NCBI GenBank assembly: GCA_032718475.1
Contig: JAUCBJ010002303.1
Location: 20,694-84,693, forward strand
Length of the DNA: 64,000 bases
Direction: 5' to 3'
Source: Nemertoderma westbladi
Lineage: Eukaryota; Animalia; Xenacoelomorpha
This document shows, in pieces, positions 51,725-64,000 of this stretch. The notes beneath the pieces were generated by a model. It did no database searches. It saw only the letters and a list, made by a program, of their open reading frames with translations, and was not told the origin of the DNA. A program made the translations under genes and the position numbers. Numbering within the stretch: the first letter of the stretch is position 1; the number at the start of each line of letters is the position of its first letter.

Positions 51725-52578
51725 TCAGGTTTCTCTCAATATGTTTATCTCACTAAATGGCTTACTTGTTGTGACGTTATATACTGTCTATTTGTAACTT
51801 TCAGAAAAATCAAATTCCAAAAGCTTTATATGGCAGATTATCCCCGTCGGCAGTATGCAGAGGTTTAACACGTCAAAAAATATTTTATACCATACCTGAA
51901 GACCCCCTGCGATAGGAACACATGTTGTATAATAACATCCTGCTGTCAATAATTAACGTAAATCATATGTTTCATTCACTATTAATTATTAATTAATTAA
52001 TTATTAATTATTCACTATTAACTCCAATAAGTATGTTTAAGAATATATATATAAAGATAAAGAACATGCTAAATGATTGCGATAAGCGATAAACAGACAA
52101 AATACGATGCGACCACCTCGATTATAGATTATATTAATAAGTAGAGCACTACTGATATTCTTTATATACAACTGATATTGATATTCCTTATATACTACTA
52201 ATACTTTAGACCGCAGGATGTACCGCAGGATGGCGCTAAACCATCTGGAATTCTCAAGAATACTGACTATGGACTCTGTGAAAAGTTTAATTTTTTAAAT
52301 AGAATTTGGGTGGGGCCATTGAGTATCACAAGTATGACTGTCTGTCTTTTTTCCAAATATTTTCGAACACTAATAATTCGGTCAATCCTCGATAAAATTA
52401 ATCCAAACGTGAAACACAGTCTGTCAAAAATGTAGAAATTTTACAAAAGAATATCAGGATTCTCTCTATGGATTATAATCTAAAATTCATACGATAATAA
52501 TTTTTATTAATATTATAAGTAAATTGGGTGTCTCGTGGCCCCACATTTATCTAGTTTAAGATTACTCGGAATTTTTAT

Positions 52579-53082
52579 TCAAACTAATCCAAAAGATCTG
52601 AGTTTATCTATTTGTTTACTATCGAGATTGCGATACACAATATTTTCAATGAAGACATCGCTGAGGGAGAACTTGGTAAATTTCAACTGTACACAATTCA
52701 TTTGAAGGTGAAAAGCAACTTTATCTTTAGTGATTTTAAGTTGCAATTGGTTGGAGTTAGGTGTTCTATATGCTCGTTGACACCATGTGAATATGACAAT
52801 ATCTTCAGGAGATTGAACTACCTGACTGCCTGATCTGCGAAGAAATCCATCACATCCATAGCATTTAAACCAATCTCCCTCATTTATTGAACCGATAATA
52901 AATTTACAAGATTCTTTGGCTATATCTAATTGATTGATTAATTGCTGTGTTAATTTCTTATTAACAATTTTTCTCTTCCCAGGCCCACACTTTCTACCTG
53001 CAACACTGGCGGCAGATAAAGCTGCCAGTTGTTCGAGCGTCCATGTTGAGTTCCACCAACTTATGTACTTATTATACACCAA
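52579..53082 (-). pseudogene. Probable C-terminal fragment of a MULE-type transposase (Cys/His zinc-binding module)
   Basis: Only long ORF between the TIRs; KCYGC...PEDIVI...FHLQMNCV pattern after a basic AGRK..KRK segment; no DDE core visible. Confidence 0.5.
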
Positions 53083-53423
53083 CCCCCAAATTATTTTTAT
53101 GTGAAGTTAATAATAACATTCTGACTTGATGCCAGACATACGGCAAGGTTTATTGGGTAAATGAAACATATGATTTACGTTAATTATTGACAGCAGGATG
53201 TTATTATACAACATGTGTTCCTATCGAAGGGGGTCTTCAGGTATGGTATAAAATATTTTTTGACGTGTTAAACCTTTGCATTCTGCCGACGGGGATAATC
53301 TGCCATATAAAGCTTTTGGAATTTGATTTTTCTGAAAGTTACAAATAGACAGTATATAACGTCACAACAAGTAAGCCATTTAGTGAGATAAACATATTGA
53401 GAATACCTGAGTGCCTAAGTCGG

Positions 53424-53836
53424 TGCACCTTTGTCGGCACCTATGTCGGCACCTGTGTCGGCACCTGTGTCGGCACCTGTGTCGGCACCTGTGTCGGCAC
53501 CTGTGTCGGCACCTGTGTCGGCACCTGTGTCGGCACCTGTGTCGGCACCTGTGTCGGCACCTGTGTCGGCACTTGTGTCGGCACCTGTGTCGGCACCTGT
53601 GTCGGCACCTGTGTCGGCACCTGTGTCGGCACCTGTGTCGGCACCTGTGTCGGCACCTCTGTCGGCACCTCTGTCGGCACCTGTGTCGGCACCTCTGTCG
53701 GCACCTGTGTCGGCACCTCTGTCGGCACCTGTGTCGGCACCTCTGTCGGCACCTGTGTCGGCACCTGTGTCGGCACCTGTGTCGGCACTTGTGTCGGCAC
53801 CTGTGTCGGCACCTCTGTCGGCACCTGTGTCGGCAC
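53424..53836. repeat. 12-bp minisatellite in the right TIR (inverted relative to the left)
   Basis: (gtgtcggcacct)n. Confidence 0.95.
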
Positions 53837-53850
53837 AGCGTCTACGCCCG

Positions 53851-54261
53851 TACTATCCTTGTTTTACCGGTCAGTTGGTAGAGGCGCAAAGTACCAGTAT
53901 TGCTGTATTCTGGTAGGCCTATTACCTGATTACAGATTACAGTATTAGTGCTGTAGTGCAGTAGTGTAATGCTGTAATGTAATGTAATGCTGTAATGTCC
54001 CATGGCTATGGCACTATCTCTGTAACCAGGCTGCCAGGCTGTCTTAATACTGTAATGCTTACCGGTACTACTCAGCTACTAAATATAGAAATATTTACAG
54101 CTTTAACTAACCCTAACAATACTGCAATATCTGAATACTGGAATACACTACTGCACTACAGCACTAATACTGTAACCTGTAATCAGGTAATAGGCCTACC
54201 AGAATACAGCAATACTGGTACTTTGCGCCTCAACCGACTGACCGGTAAAACAAGGATAGTA
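53851..54261. mobile_element. TA-flanked MITE with ~120-bp inverted repeats, nested in the right TIR
   Basis: TActatccttgttttaccggtcag ... ctgaccggtaaaacaaggatagTA. Confidence 0.7.
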
Positions 54262-55540
54262 CTGCTGTACTGATACTGCACCGTATATGCTGATTGGTTA
54301 CAGTTCTTTGGTTGCCTGGCAACAAGCTTTCTGGGCAGTATTAGACTCTTTCAATTTATTTTTTTGCAGCATATAGGTAAAATTTAATGCTGATCAATTT
54401 TTTCACTGTTTTCCGGAAGGTTTATAGTGTTTTTATAGTGTTTTCCCTATGTTTTACGGTGATTACTTAAGGGGTGCAATGCGAGGAGTACATTTAGGAT
54501 TGTCAATTCAGAGAAGTGTGTTCGATTTCCTGCTGATCAATATTTTCACTGTTTTCCGGGTGTTTTACAGTACTTTTCTTATGTTTTCCTAGTGTTTTAC
54601 CGTTTTACTAGTGTTTTCCTAATTTAGAACTATCCCCCCCCACCTCCACCTTGCCACGACTGTTAAATATACCACTGTCCCCAACCCTCCCCATCCATTG
54701 TTATTTCAAACGCATTATAAAACCAATACTATTGCTTGGGCTTTATTTAAATTACATAAGCTAATATTGTGATAATACTAACAGTGTGTCAAATAATATG
54801 CTATCAATATTAAAAATCAATGAAAATCTTTGGTGTTGCTGGATGGTGTTGACTTGTATCCTTTTGCAACCTCATTTATGAAATTCATTTTCAATAAATC
54901 AGTTTCCAATACTAACCGTGCTAGTTTCTAAGCACGATAAACTGGAGCTCTGAGAATTTGCCCCCTAGCGGCAGACAGAGGAACTGTAAAAGTCTGTCTG
55001 TGTGTATAATTTATAATTAAGCAATGCTCTTACGTTACTACTACCAAATTTCAGATGAATCTGATGGTTGGTTCTATAGTTACAGCTACAGCTCCTTGTA
55101 CGTTTCTGTAAACTCGCCCTCTAGCGGCAGACAAAGGAACTATATTCCTAAATTTCTAAACTTTTGATAGACTACATGTGTACGAAGTTTGGTTCCATTT
55201 CATCCATGATTAACCGAATTATTAGTTATTAGCGTTCAAACATTACTGCCACAAACTCAGGACCAGGATGTTGTTTTGTGGCATTAATGGGATAGTTATG
55301 AGAAATAATGTCATATTTCTGGCACACAATTAAAAATCATTCGCACTATTCTTCTGGAAAATAATTATATAATCTTTTGGATATTAATTATATTAATTAC
55401 TGCTTTTGGAAGAATTAATTACAATAATTGTAATTATGGAATATATTATTTTGCCAAAACGTGCCAGAAGGTGTACCAGCCATGTTTAAGAAGAAACAAG
55501 TAGGGTCCATGGACAACCGATGCGCGCGACTGTGCCAGTT

Positions 55541-58500
55541 CTCGTGGCCTTATACTCCACAAACTATAAAGATCTCGTGGCCTTAATCTCCACTAACTAT
55601 AAAGATCTCGTGGCCTTATTCTCCACAAACTATAAAGATCTCGTGGACTTATTCTCCACAAACTATAAAGATCTCGTGGCCTTATTCTCCACAAACTATA
55701 AAGATCTCGAGGCCTTATTCTCCACAAACTATAAAGATCTCTTGGCCTTATTCTCCACAAACTATAAAGATCTCGTGGCCTTATTCTCCACAAACTATAA
55801 AGATCTCGTGGCCTTATTCTCCACAAACTATAAAGATCTCGTGGCCTTATTCTACACAAACTATAAAGATCTCGTGGCCTTATTCTCCACAAACTATAAA
55901 GAGCTCGTGGCCTTATTCTCCACAAACTATAAAGATCTCGTGGCCTTATTCTCCACAAACTATAAAGATCTCGTGGCCTTATTCTCCACAAATTATAAAG
56001 AGCTCGTGGCCTTATTCTCCACAAACTATAAAGATCTCGAGGCCTTATTCTCCACAAACTATAAAGATCTCTTGGCCTTATTCTCCACAAACTATAAAGG
56101 TCTCGTGGCCTTATTCTCCACAAACTATAAAGATCTCGTGGCCTTATTCTAAACAAACTATAAAGATCTCGTGGCCTTATTCTCCACAAACTATAAAGAT
56201 CTCGTGGCCTTATTCTCCACAAACTATAAAGATCTCGTGGCCTTATTCTCCACAAACTATAAAGATCTCGTGGCCTTATTCTCCACATACTATAAAGATT
56301 TCGTGGCCTTATTCTCCACAAACTATAAAGATCTCGTGGCCTTATTCTCCACAAACTATAAAGATCTCGTGGCCTTATTCTCCACTAACTATAAAGATCT
56401 CGTGGCCTTATTCTCCACAAACTATAAAGATCTCGTGGACTTATTCTCCACAAACTATAAAGATCTCGTGGCCTTATTCTCCACAAACTATAAAGATCTC
56501 GTGGCCTTATTCTCCACAAACTATAAAGATCTCGTGGCCTTATTCTACACAAACTATAAAGATCTCGTGGCCTTATTCTCCACAAACTATAAAGAGCTCG
56601 TGGCCTTATTCTCCACAAACTATAAAGATCTCGTGGCCTTATTCTCCACAAACTATAAAGATCTCGAGGCCTTATTCTCCACAAACTATAAAGATCTCTT
56701 GGCCTTATTCTCCACAAACTATAAAGGTCTCGTGGCCTTATTCTCCACAAACTATAAAGATCTCGAGGCCTTATTCTCCACAAACTATAATGATCTCTTG
56801 GCCTTATTCTCCACAAACTATAAAGGTCTCGTGGCCTTATTCTCCACAAACTATAAAGATCTCGTGGCCTTATTCTAAACAAACTATAAAGATCTCGTGG
56901 CCTTATTCTCCACAAACTATAAATATCTCGTGGCCTTATTCTCCACAAACTATAAAGATCTCGTGGCCTTATTCTCCACAAACTATAAAGATCTCGTGGC
57001 CTTATTCTCCACATACTATAAAGATTTCGTGGCCTTATTCTCCACAAACTATAAAGATCTCGTGGCCTTATTCTCCACAAACTATAAAGATCTCGTGGCC
57101 TTATTCTCCACTAACTATAAAGATCTCGTGGCCTTATTCTCCACAAACTATAAAGATCTCGTGGACTTATTCTCCACAAACTATAAAGATCTCGTGGCCT
57201 TATTCTCCACAAACTATAAAGATCTCGAGGCCTTATTCTCCACAAACTATAAAGATCTCTTGGCCTTATTCTCCACAAACTATAAAGATCTCGTGGCCTT
57301 ATTCTCCACAAACTATAAAGATCTCGTGGCCTTATTCTCCACAAACTATAAAGATCTCGTGGCCTTATTCTACCAAACTATAAAGATCTCGTGGCCTTAT
57401 TCTCCACAAACTATAAAGATCTCGTGGCCTTATTCTCCACAAACTATAAAGATCTTGTGGCCTTATTCTCCACAAACTATAAAGAGCTCGTGGCCTTATT
57501 CTCCACAAACTATAAAGATCTCGTGGCCTTATTCGCCACAAACTATAAAGATCTCGTGCCCTTATTCTCCACAATCTGTAAAGATCTCGTGGCCTTATTC
57601 TCCACAAACTATAAAGATCTCGTGGCCTTATTCTAAACAAACTATAAAGATCTCGTGGCCTTATTCTCCACAAACTATAAAGATCTCGTGGCCTTATTCT
57701 CCACAAACTATAAAGATCTCGTGGCCTTATTCTCCACAAACTATAAAGATCTCGTGGCCTTATTCTCCATAAACTATAAAGATCTCGTGGCCTTATTCTC
57801 CACAAACTATAAAGATCTCGTGCCTTATTCTCCACAAACTATAAAGATCTCGTGGCCTTATTCTCCACAAACTATAAAGATCTCGTGGCCTTATTCTCCA
57901 CAAACTATAAAGATCTCGTGGCCTTATTCTCCACAAACTATAAAGATCTCGTGGCCTTATTCTCCACAAACTATAAAGATCTCGTGGCCTTATTCTCCAC
58001 AAACTATAAAGATCTCGTGGCCTTATTCTCCACAAACTATAAAGATCTCGTGGCCTTATTCTCCACAAACTATAAAGATCTCGTGGCCTTATTCTACACA
58101 AACTATAAAGATCTCGTGGCCTTATTCTCCACAAACTATAAAGATCTCGTGGCCTTATTCTCCACAAACTATAAAGATCTCGTGGCCTTATTCTCCACAA
58201 ACTATAAAGATCTCGTGGCCTTATTCTCCACAAACTATAAAGATCTCGTGCCTTATTCTCCACAAACTATAAAGATCTCGTGGCCTTATTCTCCACAAAC
58301 TATAAAGATCTCGTGGCCTTATTCTCCACAAACTATAAAGATCTCGTGGCCTTATTCTCCACAAACTATAAAGATCTCGTGGCCTTATTCTCCACAAACT
58401 ATAAAGATCTCGTGGCCTTATTCTCCACAAACTATAAAGATCTCGTGGCCTTATTCTCCACAAACTATAAAGATCTCGTGGCCTTATTCTCCACAAACTA

Positions 58501-58771
58501 TAAAGATCTCGTGGCCTTATTCTCCACAAACTATAAAGATCTCGTGGCCTTATTCTCCACAAACTATAAAGATCTCGTGGCCTTATTCTCCACAAACTAT
58601 AAAGATCTCGTGGCCTTATTCTCCACAAACTATAAAGATCTCGTGGCCTTATTCTCCACAAACTATAAAGATCTCGTGGCTTTATTCTCCACAAACTATA
58701 AAGATCTCGTGGCCTTATTCTCCACAAACTATAATGATCTCGTGGCCTTATTCTCCACAAACTATAAAGAT
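55541..58771. repeat. 33-bp satellite, about 98 copies, with higher-order structure
   Basis: Unit ctcgtggccttattctccacaaactataaagat; variant monomers recur at 726-bp (22-unit) spacing. Confidence 0.97.
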
Positions 58772-59373
58772 GTTAATGTTAAATGAAGTTGTACTGATAC
58801 TTATCTTTGTCATTTATTGGCGATTCGACTTAAAACGTTTTTTTTTTTCAGTAGATGTTAATGTAAAAAATCGTAATAGATACAGTTACCACAGATATGA
58901 ATCCAGCACATTAATACATTAATTACAGATTAATAATTATAAACACGACATATTGAATAACTGAACAAATTGTTCACCTTTAGAGTTGGAAAAACAATTT
59001 ATTATTAACAAAATTCAAGAGATATAAGAGTTATTGACGTATCGACATTACCATTTTCCAATTTAACTTTTATTTATTATCACAATTAAAGATTACTAAG
59101 TTTATTCCAAAATTTTAATATTACTCAACGTCTTTTGTACTCAGTGTCAGCAAGTAATTTTCGCGTGTTACTTTCATAAAATTGCTTAGCTACATTACAT
59201 AGACCGGAAGTACCTAACAAGCCAAATGTATATAGTTGTAAAATTTTAATGAATGTTTTGTAATCTTTGTTTAATAAATAAGCATTTTATATTGGATATA
59301 ACAGCAGTAATGTTAATGAGTTATGTTTGTCTTGCAGGTACACTTATTAATTTACTTTATAGCATGATTATCC

Positions 59374-59467
59374 TGAGTGCCTGCGGTACCACTGAGTGCC
59401 TGAGGTACCACTGAGTGCCTGAGGTACCACTGAGTGCCTGAGATACCCCGAGTCCTTGAGGTACCAC
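59374..59467. repeat. 19-bp tandem repeat, about 5 copies
   Basis: ctgagtgcctgaggtacca. Confidence 0.85.
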
Positions 59468-60306
59468 GGATTGTTTTTTATGAACAGCAAACTATGATCC
59501 GTTATCAATTCCGTAAAACTACTTATCAAAAATTAACCAGGAGATTGTAAATGGTTATTAAAACAAATAGTGGATTCAGTAATACTCTACCTTACACACT
59601 ATATCCTGCTCCTTGATATTCCTAATATATGATTTCTTAATTCTGGGACCTGCCTCCATTTTTCTATAAATTTTAATAATATCAAACAATTGTACAAACA
59701 GAGAATGTTAAATTTCCCTATTATTGTTTAGGTGAATGATAATTTATATTTTCCATTTCAACCTTAGCTATAAGCGATTGAAAAAAAAATTATAATTTAT
59801 CGATATTACACCAGTTGTTGTACCGCAGCTATTCTAAGTCAATAGAATGATTTGTTGGTACTGCCTGTGATTCGCAACTTAATTTAAAATTTAAATACAT
59901 TCCCGCAATCTCAATGAATTATAAATATTCGTGTACGTTCTAGAATGTTTGATAATTAAATAACCTGGGGTTGACGAAAAATCACGTCATTTTCTCTCAC
60001 GCCCACAACAATTCAGCTATTTCTCAATTAAATTCAGTTGCTTTTGCCGATTTGGATAGTTTCATAAAATCGGGAAAGTCGCGAAAATGAAGAGTAAAGC
60101 ATTGATCCGGTGCAATATCCATCCATGGAGGATTATCAATCTTAAATTACTTCTTTAAAAAGTCACGAGATTAAGATTTTTATAAAAAATAGAAGGGAAC
60201 CAGGTCACTAAATTAAGACAGAATTACAGGACATGATATATAAATGTTATTGATTCAACTACAGTATACTGTATATCAGTGCCATGTCCTTTACACCAGA
60301 AGGTAA

Positions 60307-62133
60307 TTAAAGGTCAGTCCCTTTCCGGAAGGCCGGGTTAACATTCCCTTCGGCGGTGGATGACGTCATATTAACAGCGCGATTGGATTCCTCCTCACCC
60401 CGCGACATTCCTCGACGAGCTCTAATCGTCTTTACGGAGGTGTGAATGAGAACAGCAACGCAGGCGACGAAGGCTGCTGCTGTAACGGCAATCAATACGA
60501 TTATCCAATCTTCTATACCTCCCGCAGCAGGGGTTGTTGGCGCACCTGTTGTCTCAGAAACCTCCTCCTTCAAACCACTTTCCTCTAAAATCTCATCCTC
60601 GTTCTCCGTGAAAACATTTAGGATATCCTCACCGGTTACGTAAGCCTCCTCATCATCTACGTAAACCATAACATTTATTTCTATCAATTCTTTATCTGAA
60701 TGAATTGATCTCTCATGTCTACTGACTTTATTATTAACAACTGTGATGCAAAATAATTCGATCTTTTCAGCATTTAAATCGTCAGCGACGCAAGTTGCAT
60801 TTTCAGATTCGCAATAATTCTTGATGTATTTCGCCAAACTTTTCTTCAAGTCATCAGCGTTTTTCTCGACGAAACTATTGATGGATTCCACTTTAAACCG
60901 CAACACAGCGTATTCACCCGGGTTTATATCGTCGCGATAACTAGGCAACAAAGCCTCGGATGTTTGAGAGACGGAGGCTGTGAATCCGGAATCATTCATA
61001 GCGGAGCGGCACTGGATGTCGAGATAAACGACCGACTGACACGAAACGTACTCGATGGGCGAGCCGGAGTTGTAGGGAAGGGTTATATTCAGAGAACTTC
61101 CAGCTGTACCATCGCTTAAAGACGCATAGCGCTCGTCAACGTCAATCTCATGGGGAAGAGCTAAAGTCGTCAAATTAAGAGCAACCCTGTTACCAGGAAC
61201 ACCGACAAACTGGAATTTACAAAGGGTATTATATAATTTTCCTGAAGTATCAACATTTTCGACATCGCTCAAACTCCATTCGTACATTTTCGTTTCGGAT
61301 TCACTTAAATTGTAGGTAGTGTTACACATAGGGTAATATTCCTGGTAGTAATTAATCTGTAGTATAATGTCATTGATGGTAGAATCCGTCTCTAACTCTA
61401 ACATGAACCCAGGTTTATCTACGTCGAATTCTTTGCCCTTAGGAATGGATCCACTTAGTCTGTCAGCCACTGGAAATAGTTCGTCGCCTTCTTGAATACC
61501 GTAGATGCTCACTGTGTCATAAACAGCCTCAGTTTCGAAAAGATCAGTAATAAGACGGTATGTTTCTCTACCTGTTCCACCAGATGAAACTATCCATTCA
61601 CAACGCTGGTTGAAACCAATTACAGGATTCGTACGAATGACGCCGCGGAATTTATTCATTTCCGGAGGAATCTCGATGTCACACTTTTTATCGATCGGTA
61701 GTGTTGCTTCATCTTCCGTAATGCTAAACGTCACGATAAAGTGATCCTCTGTCCCGTTCTCCATTCCGCTCACCTGTAGGGTCAAAGGGGTGTAGTCAGG
61801 AGCCACGAACGGACCAACAATTTTATCACCTGTTATGAAAGCTATAAGAATATCATTTGCCATGAGCGAGATTGATCTATTGTATGCCTCAAGGAAGACG
61901 CCCTCGATAGTTGCCATCACACGTGACCCATTAAAATTATATAAAGCGACAGACCACATACATGAACTTGGTATACCTCCGGGGTAGTCACTGGAATCTA
62001 CCGTTAACGTAGTTTCGTTATGTCCAAGAGTGAAGTACCCGGCACCCATTAGCGGGCAATCATCGGCATAGACCAAAGGTTGCAGAGAAACGACTAGTAT
62101 TATAAACATTGGAATCATTAAATTATACATCAT
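60307..62133 (-). CDS. Intronless type I membrane protein with about three divergent CUB-like domains
   Basis: Hydrophobic signal peptide; SSDYP..CMWSV, RCEWIV..FETEAVYDTVSIY..LETD and CKFQF..GNRVAL..SGFTAS CUB-like motifs; TM WIIVLIAVTAAAFVACVAVLI; tail with NPAF and C-terminal TDL. Confidence 0.8.
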   Translation of the reverse strand: MMYNLMIPMFIILVVSLQPLVYADDCPLMGAGYFTLGHNETTLTVDSSDYPGGIPSSCMWSVALYNFNGSRVMATIEGVFLEAYNRSISLMANDILIAFITGDKIVGPFVAPDYTPLTLQVSGMENGTEDHFIVTFSITEDEATLPIDKKCDIEIPPEMNKFRGVIRTNPVIGFNQRCEWIVSSGGTGRETYRLITDLFETEAVYDTVSIYGIQEGDELFPVADRLSGSIPKGKEFDVDKPGFMLELETDSTINDIILQINYYQEYYPMCNTTYNLSESETKMYEWSLSDVENVDTSGKLYNTLCKFQFVGVPGNRVALNLTTLALPHEIDVDERYASLSDGTAGSSLNITLPYNSGSPIEYVSCQSVVYLDIQCRSAMNDSGFTASVSQTSEALLPSYRDDINPGEYAVLRFKVESINSFVEKNADDLKKSLAKYIKNYCESENATCVADDLNAEKIELFCITVVNNKVSRHERSIHSDKELIEINVMVYVDDEEAYVTGEDILNVFTENEDEILEESGLKEEVSETTGAPTTPAAGGIEDWIIVLIAVTAAAFVACVAVLIHTSVKTIRARRGMSRGEEESNRAVNMTSSTAEGNVNPAFRKGTDL

Positions 62134-63728
62134 TATATTTACGTACAGCAGAAGTTAACAAAATTATTGATTCAAAGTTAAAGAGTCTTCGTATATGACT
62201 TTAGTTATATATATTCGATTTCTTTAAAGACGATATGTTTTACTTAAGAAAAATAGTTATAACACAAATACAGCAATAAGTAATAAATAAATTTTGCCTA
62301 ACATAGTTCACTCACCACTCATAGACTCACCCTGATCTAACTAATCTACAATCATATAAACCAAAAAATATTAGTTAAATTAACTTCCATATTAGGCAGC
62401 AGCCCATCAATGTCTATTACAATGCTAACGCATTGAGTCGATTAAACAACTCGACTCCAAACATGGATGGGACAAGTATATTTCCAGTCCTAACATGGGA
62501 ATGGCATCTCGGGGGGGGGGGGGGGGGGGGGGGGGGTGTGTCCGTGGTCGCAAATCGTCAATGTCAAAAAATGTCAATGTTCAATTAAGTGAAAGGAGAA
62601 GGTTACAGTGGCACCTTATTCGAACCAAAGCAATAAACGAGTCAATAAAATTGTTATTTTTTCGTAATCAGCGCGTTGATTTTCACTGGAAAAAGTTGAA
62701 ATTTGATTGACCGATTGCTAGATTGCGAGATTGTTAGAATTTTATTCAAAACACAGTAGTTATTGTTGTATTGTTGTAAAAGTAGTTATATAGAGAGTAA
62801 TAATTTTCGTGGAAATTGCCTTGACAAAAATAAATCACACTATTGATCTCATGAAGAACCTTTTATTGGTCGAGATACCCCCAATGTCGTGACAGTAGCA
62901 TAGCAACTATTTACAATAATGTTTATCTATTATATTTTACATTTCTACTTTGTTCAATTAAACTATATAAATCTAAAACATTTAAAAAAAAAAAAAAAAG
63001 CCTCAATATATTGGCACAAATTAATTTTTATAATTTGAAGTCAAAGTAGAGAATGTCGTTGTACCAACACTAAATTGAGATTATTACTAAAAGCAGCGAT
63101 ACATTACATATTAATGAATATCACATACAATTAGCATTATATTATGACACTGTGGTAGTGTGGGATAATAATTTCCATTATTTGAACAATGTTAGAAGCA
63201 CGCACAATGTACAAAGTACATTTGAGAAAAACATATTCCTTCCCATTGGTTTAATTACAACTTAATAAATTATATCATTTGTTTCAAGTCAACAAAAATT
63301 GTGCATGCAATGGTAAAGTCGATTAGTTCTAATAAAAAAGAGTTACAGGATAGATGGAAAACTAAAGGTGTAGTGCTTTCGATTTTGTGTTAGTTTACTT
63401 TGTACTGGCCAATGCCTAACTTCATATTCTCTTAAAATATTAAATTTTCAATAAGGAAATCCAATATTAAAATATTATAAATATATATTATATAATAATA
63501 ATAATTAAATTAGTAAACTCAATATGTTTGCAGATAAACTGATGAGAATGACATCTTTTCGTGTTTTCGATATAAATCATTTGATTGAGTACAAACATTT
63601 ATCTAAAAAGTTACTGAATAAATATTTGAAACACGGCGTTCTAAACATAGCCCTTGCACTTGCCTGTCAGATGAATGCAATTTCATGGACCGCCGCTAGG
63701 GGGCGCTAAATAATAACTTCGTCTAGCT

Positions 63729-64000
63729 AAATATTAACTTTCTTGTCAACTCCAAGAAGACCAAAATCATGACAGTGAACCCAGACAGCCCTCAAGAAAT
63801 GTCTGATCTTAAGAGCATAAGCTATAAGTTTGGCTTGCTTTGAGCACGTGGATAACTTCTGCTGCTTGGGATCATGGATCCGAAAGTAAGGTGAAGACTT
63901 TCGGTTAAGTAAGGGGAAGGCATTGGGCGTTAAATGGTCAATCCAGGATTTGGAAGTCCCATCGAATAAAACGGAACCATAAGGTTCAATTATTTATGGC
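63729..64000 (-). mobile_element. Possible decayed LINE ORF2 fragment
   Basis: IIEPYGSVLFDG..KSWIDHL resembles the post-RT LEYGSxxWD motif; it does not resemble NALCN. Confidence 0.3.

Larger units (their letters stand above)
50998..54636. mobile_element. Long-TIR DNA transposon, MULE/Foldback-like, internally deleted
   Basis: About 1-kb inverted arms (50998-51975 vs 53160-54636), G-initial ends, flanking 9-bp direct repeat CCCCCACCT (50989-50997 and 54637-54645). Confidence 0.8.

Noticed and set aside
51293-53948. SAPV/CVGT/CRHL/PTQV repeat ORFs
   Set aside because: Translations of a stop-free 12-bp minisatellite inside TIRs.
55520-58922. Long repetitive ORFs (LVALFSTNYKD, WRIRPRDLYSL, SWPYSPQTIKI)
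   Set aside because: Artefacts of a 33-bp unit; open in several frames on both strands and broken by single-base deletions.

Overview
AT-rich animal (invertebrate-type) genomic DNA. Most or all of the window appears to lie inside introns of a minus-strand NALCN (sodium leak channel) gene; six phase-compatible exons were found between 39915 and 50724. Genes within this span: a cytoplasmic-type actin (+; certainly intronic), tRNA-Thr(AGT) (certainly intronic), two intronless DHDH-like oxidoreductase paralogues (+), and an intronless CUB-domain membrane protein (-). The rest is transposons: two nested BEL/Pao LTR retrotransposons (1-14033), two decayed Ty3/Gypsy elements, Helentron/DINE-like elements, a Kolobok-like MITE, a long-TIR MULE/Foldback-like element and LINE scraps. 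Two observations stand out. (1) The BEL/Pao element carries, in the env position, a 736-aa ORF with a DEDDy (WRN/EXD2/Mut-7-like) 3'-5' exonuclease domain and three CCHC zinc knuckles; the sister element has deleted it. (2) Three independent tandem arrays are each built on a minus-strand splice junction: one NALCN donor, one NALCN acceptor and one putative acceptor. All family calls are by eye from remembered motifs; no database searches were run.
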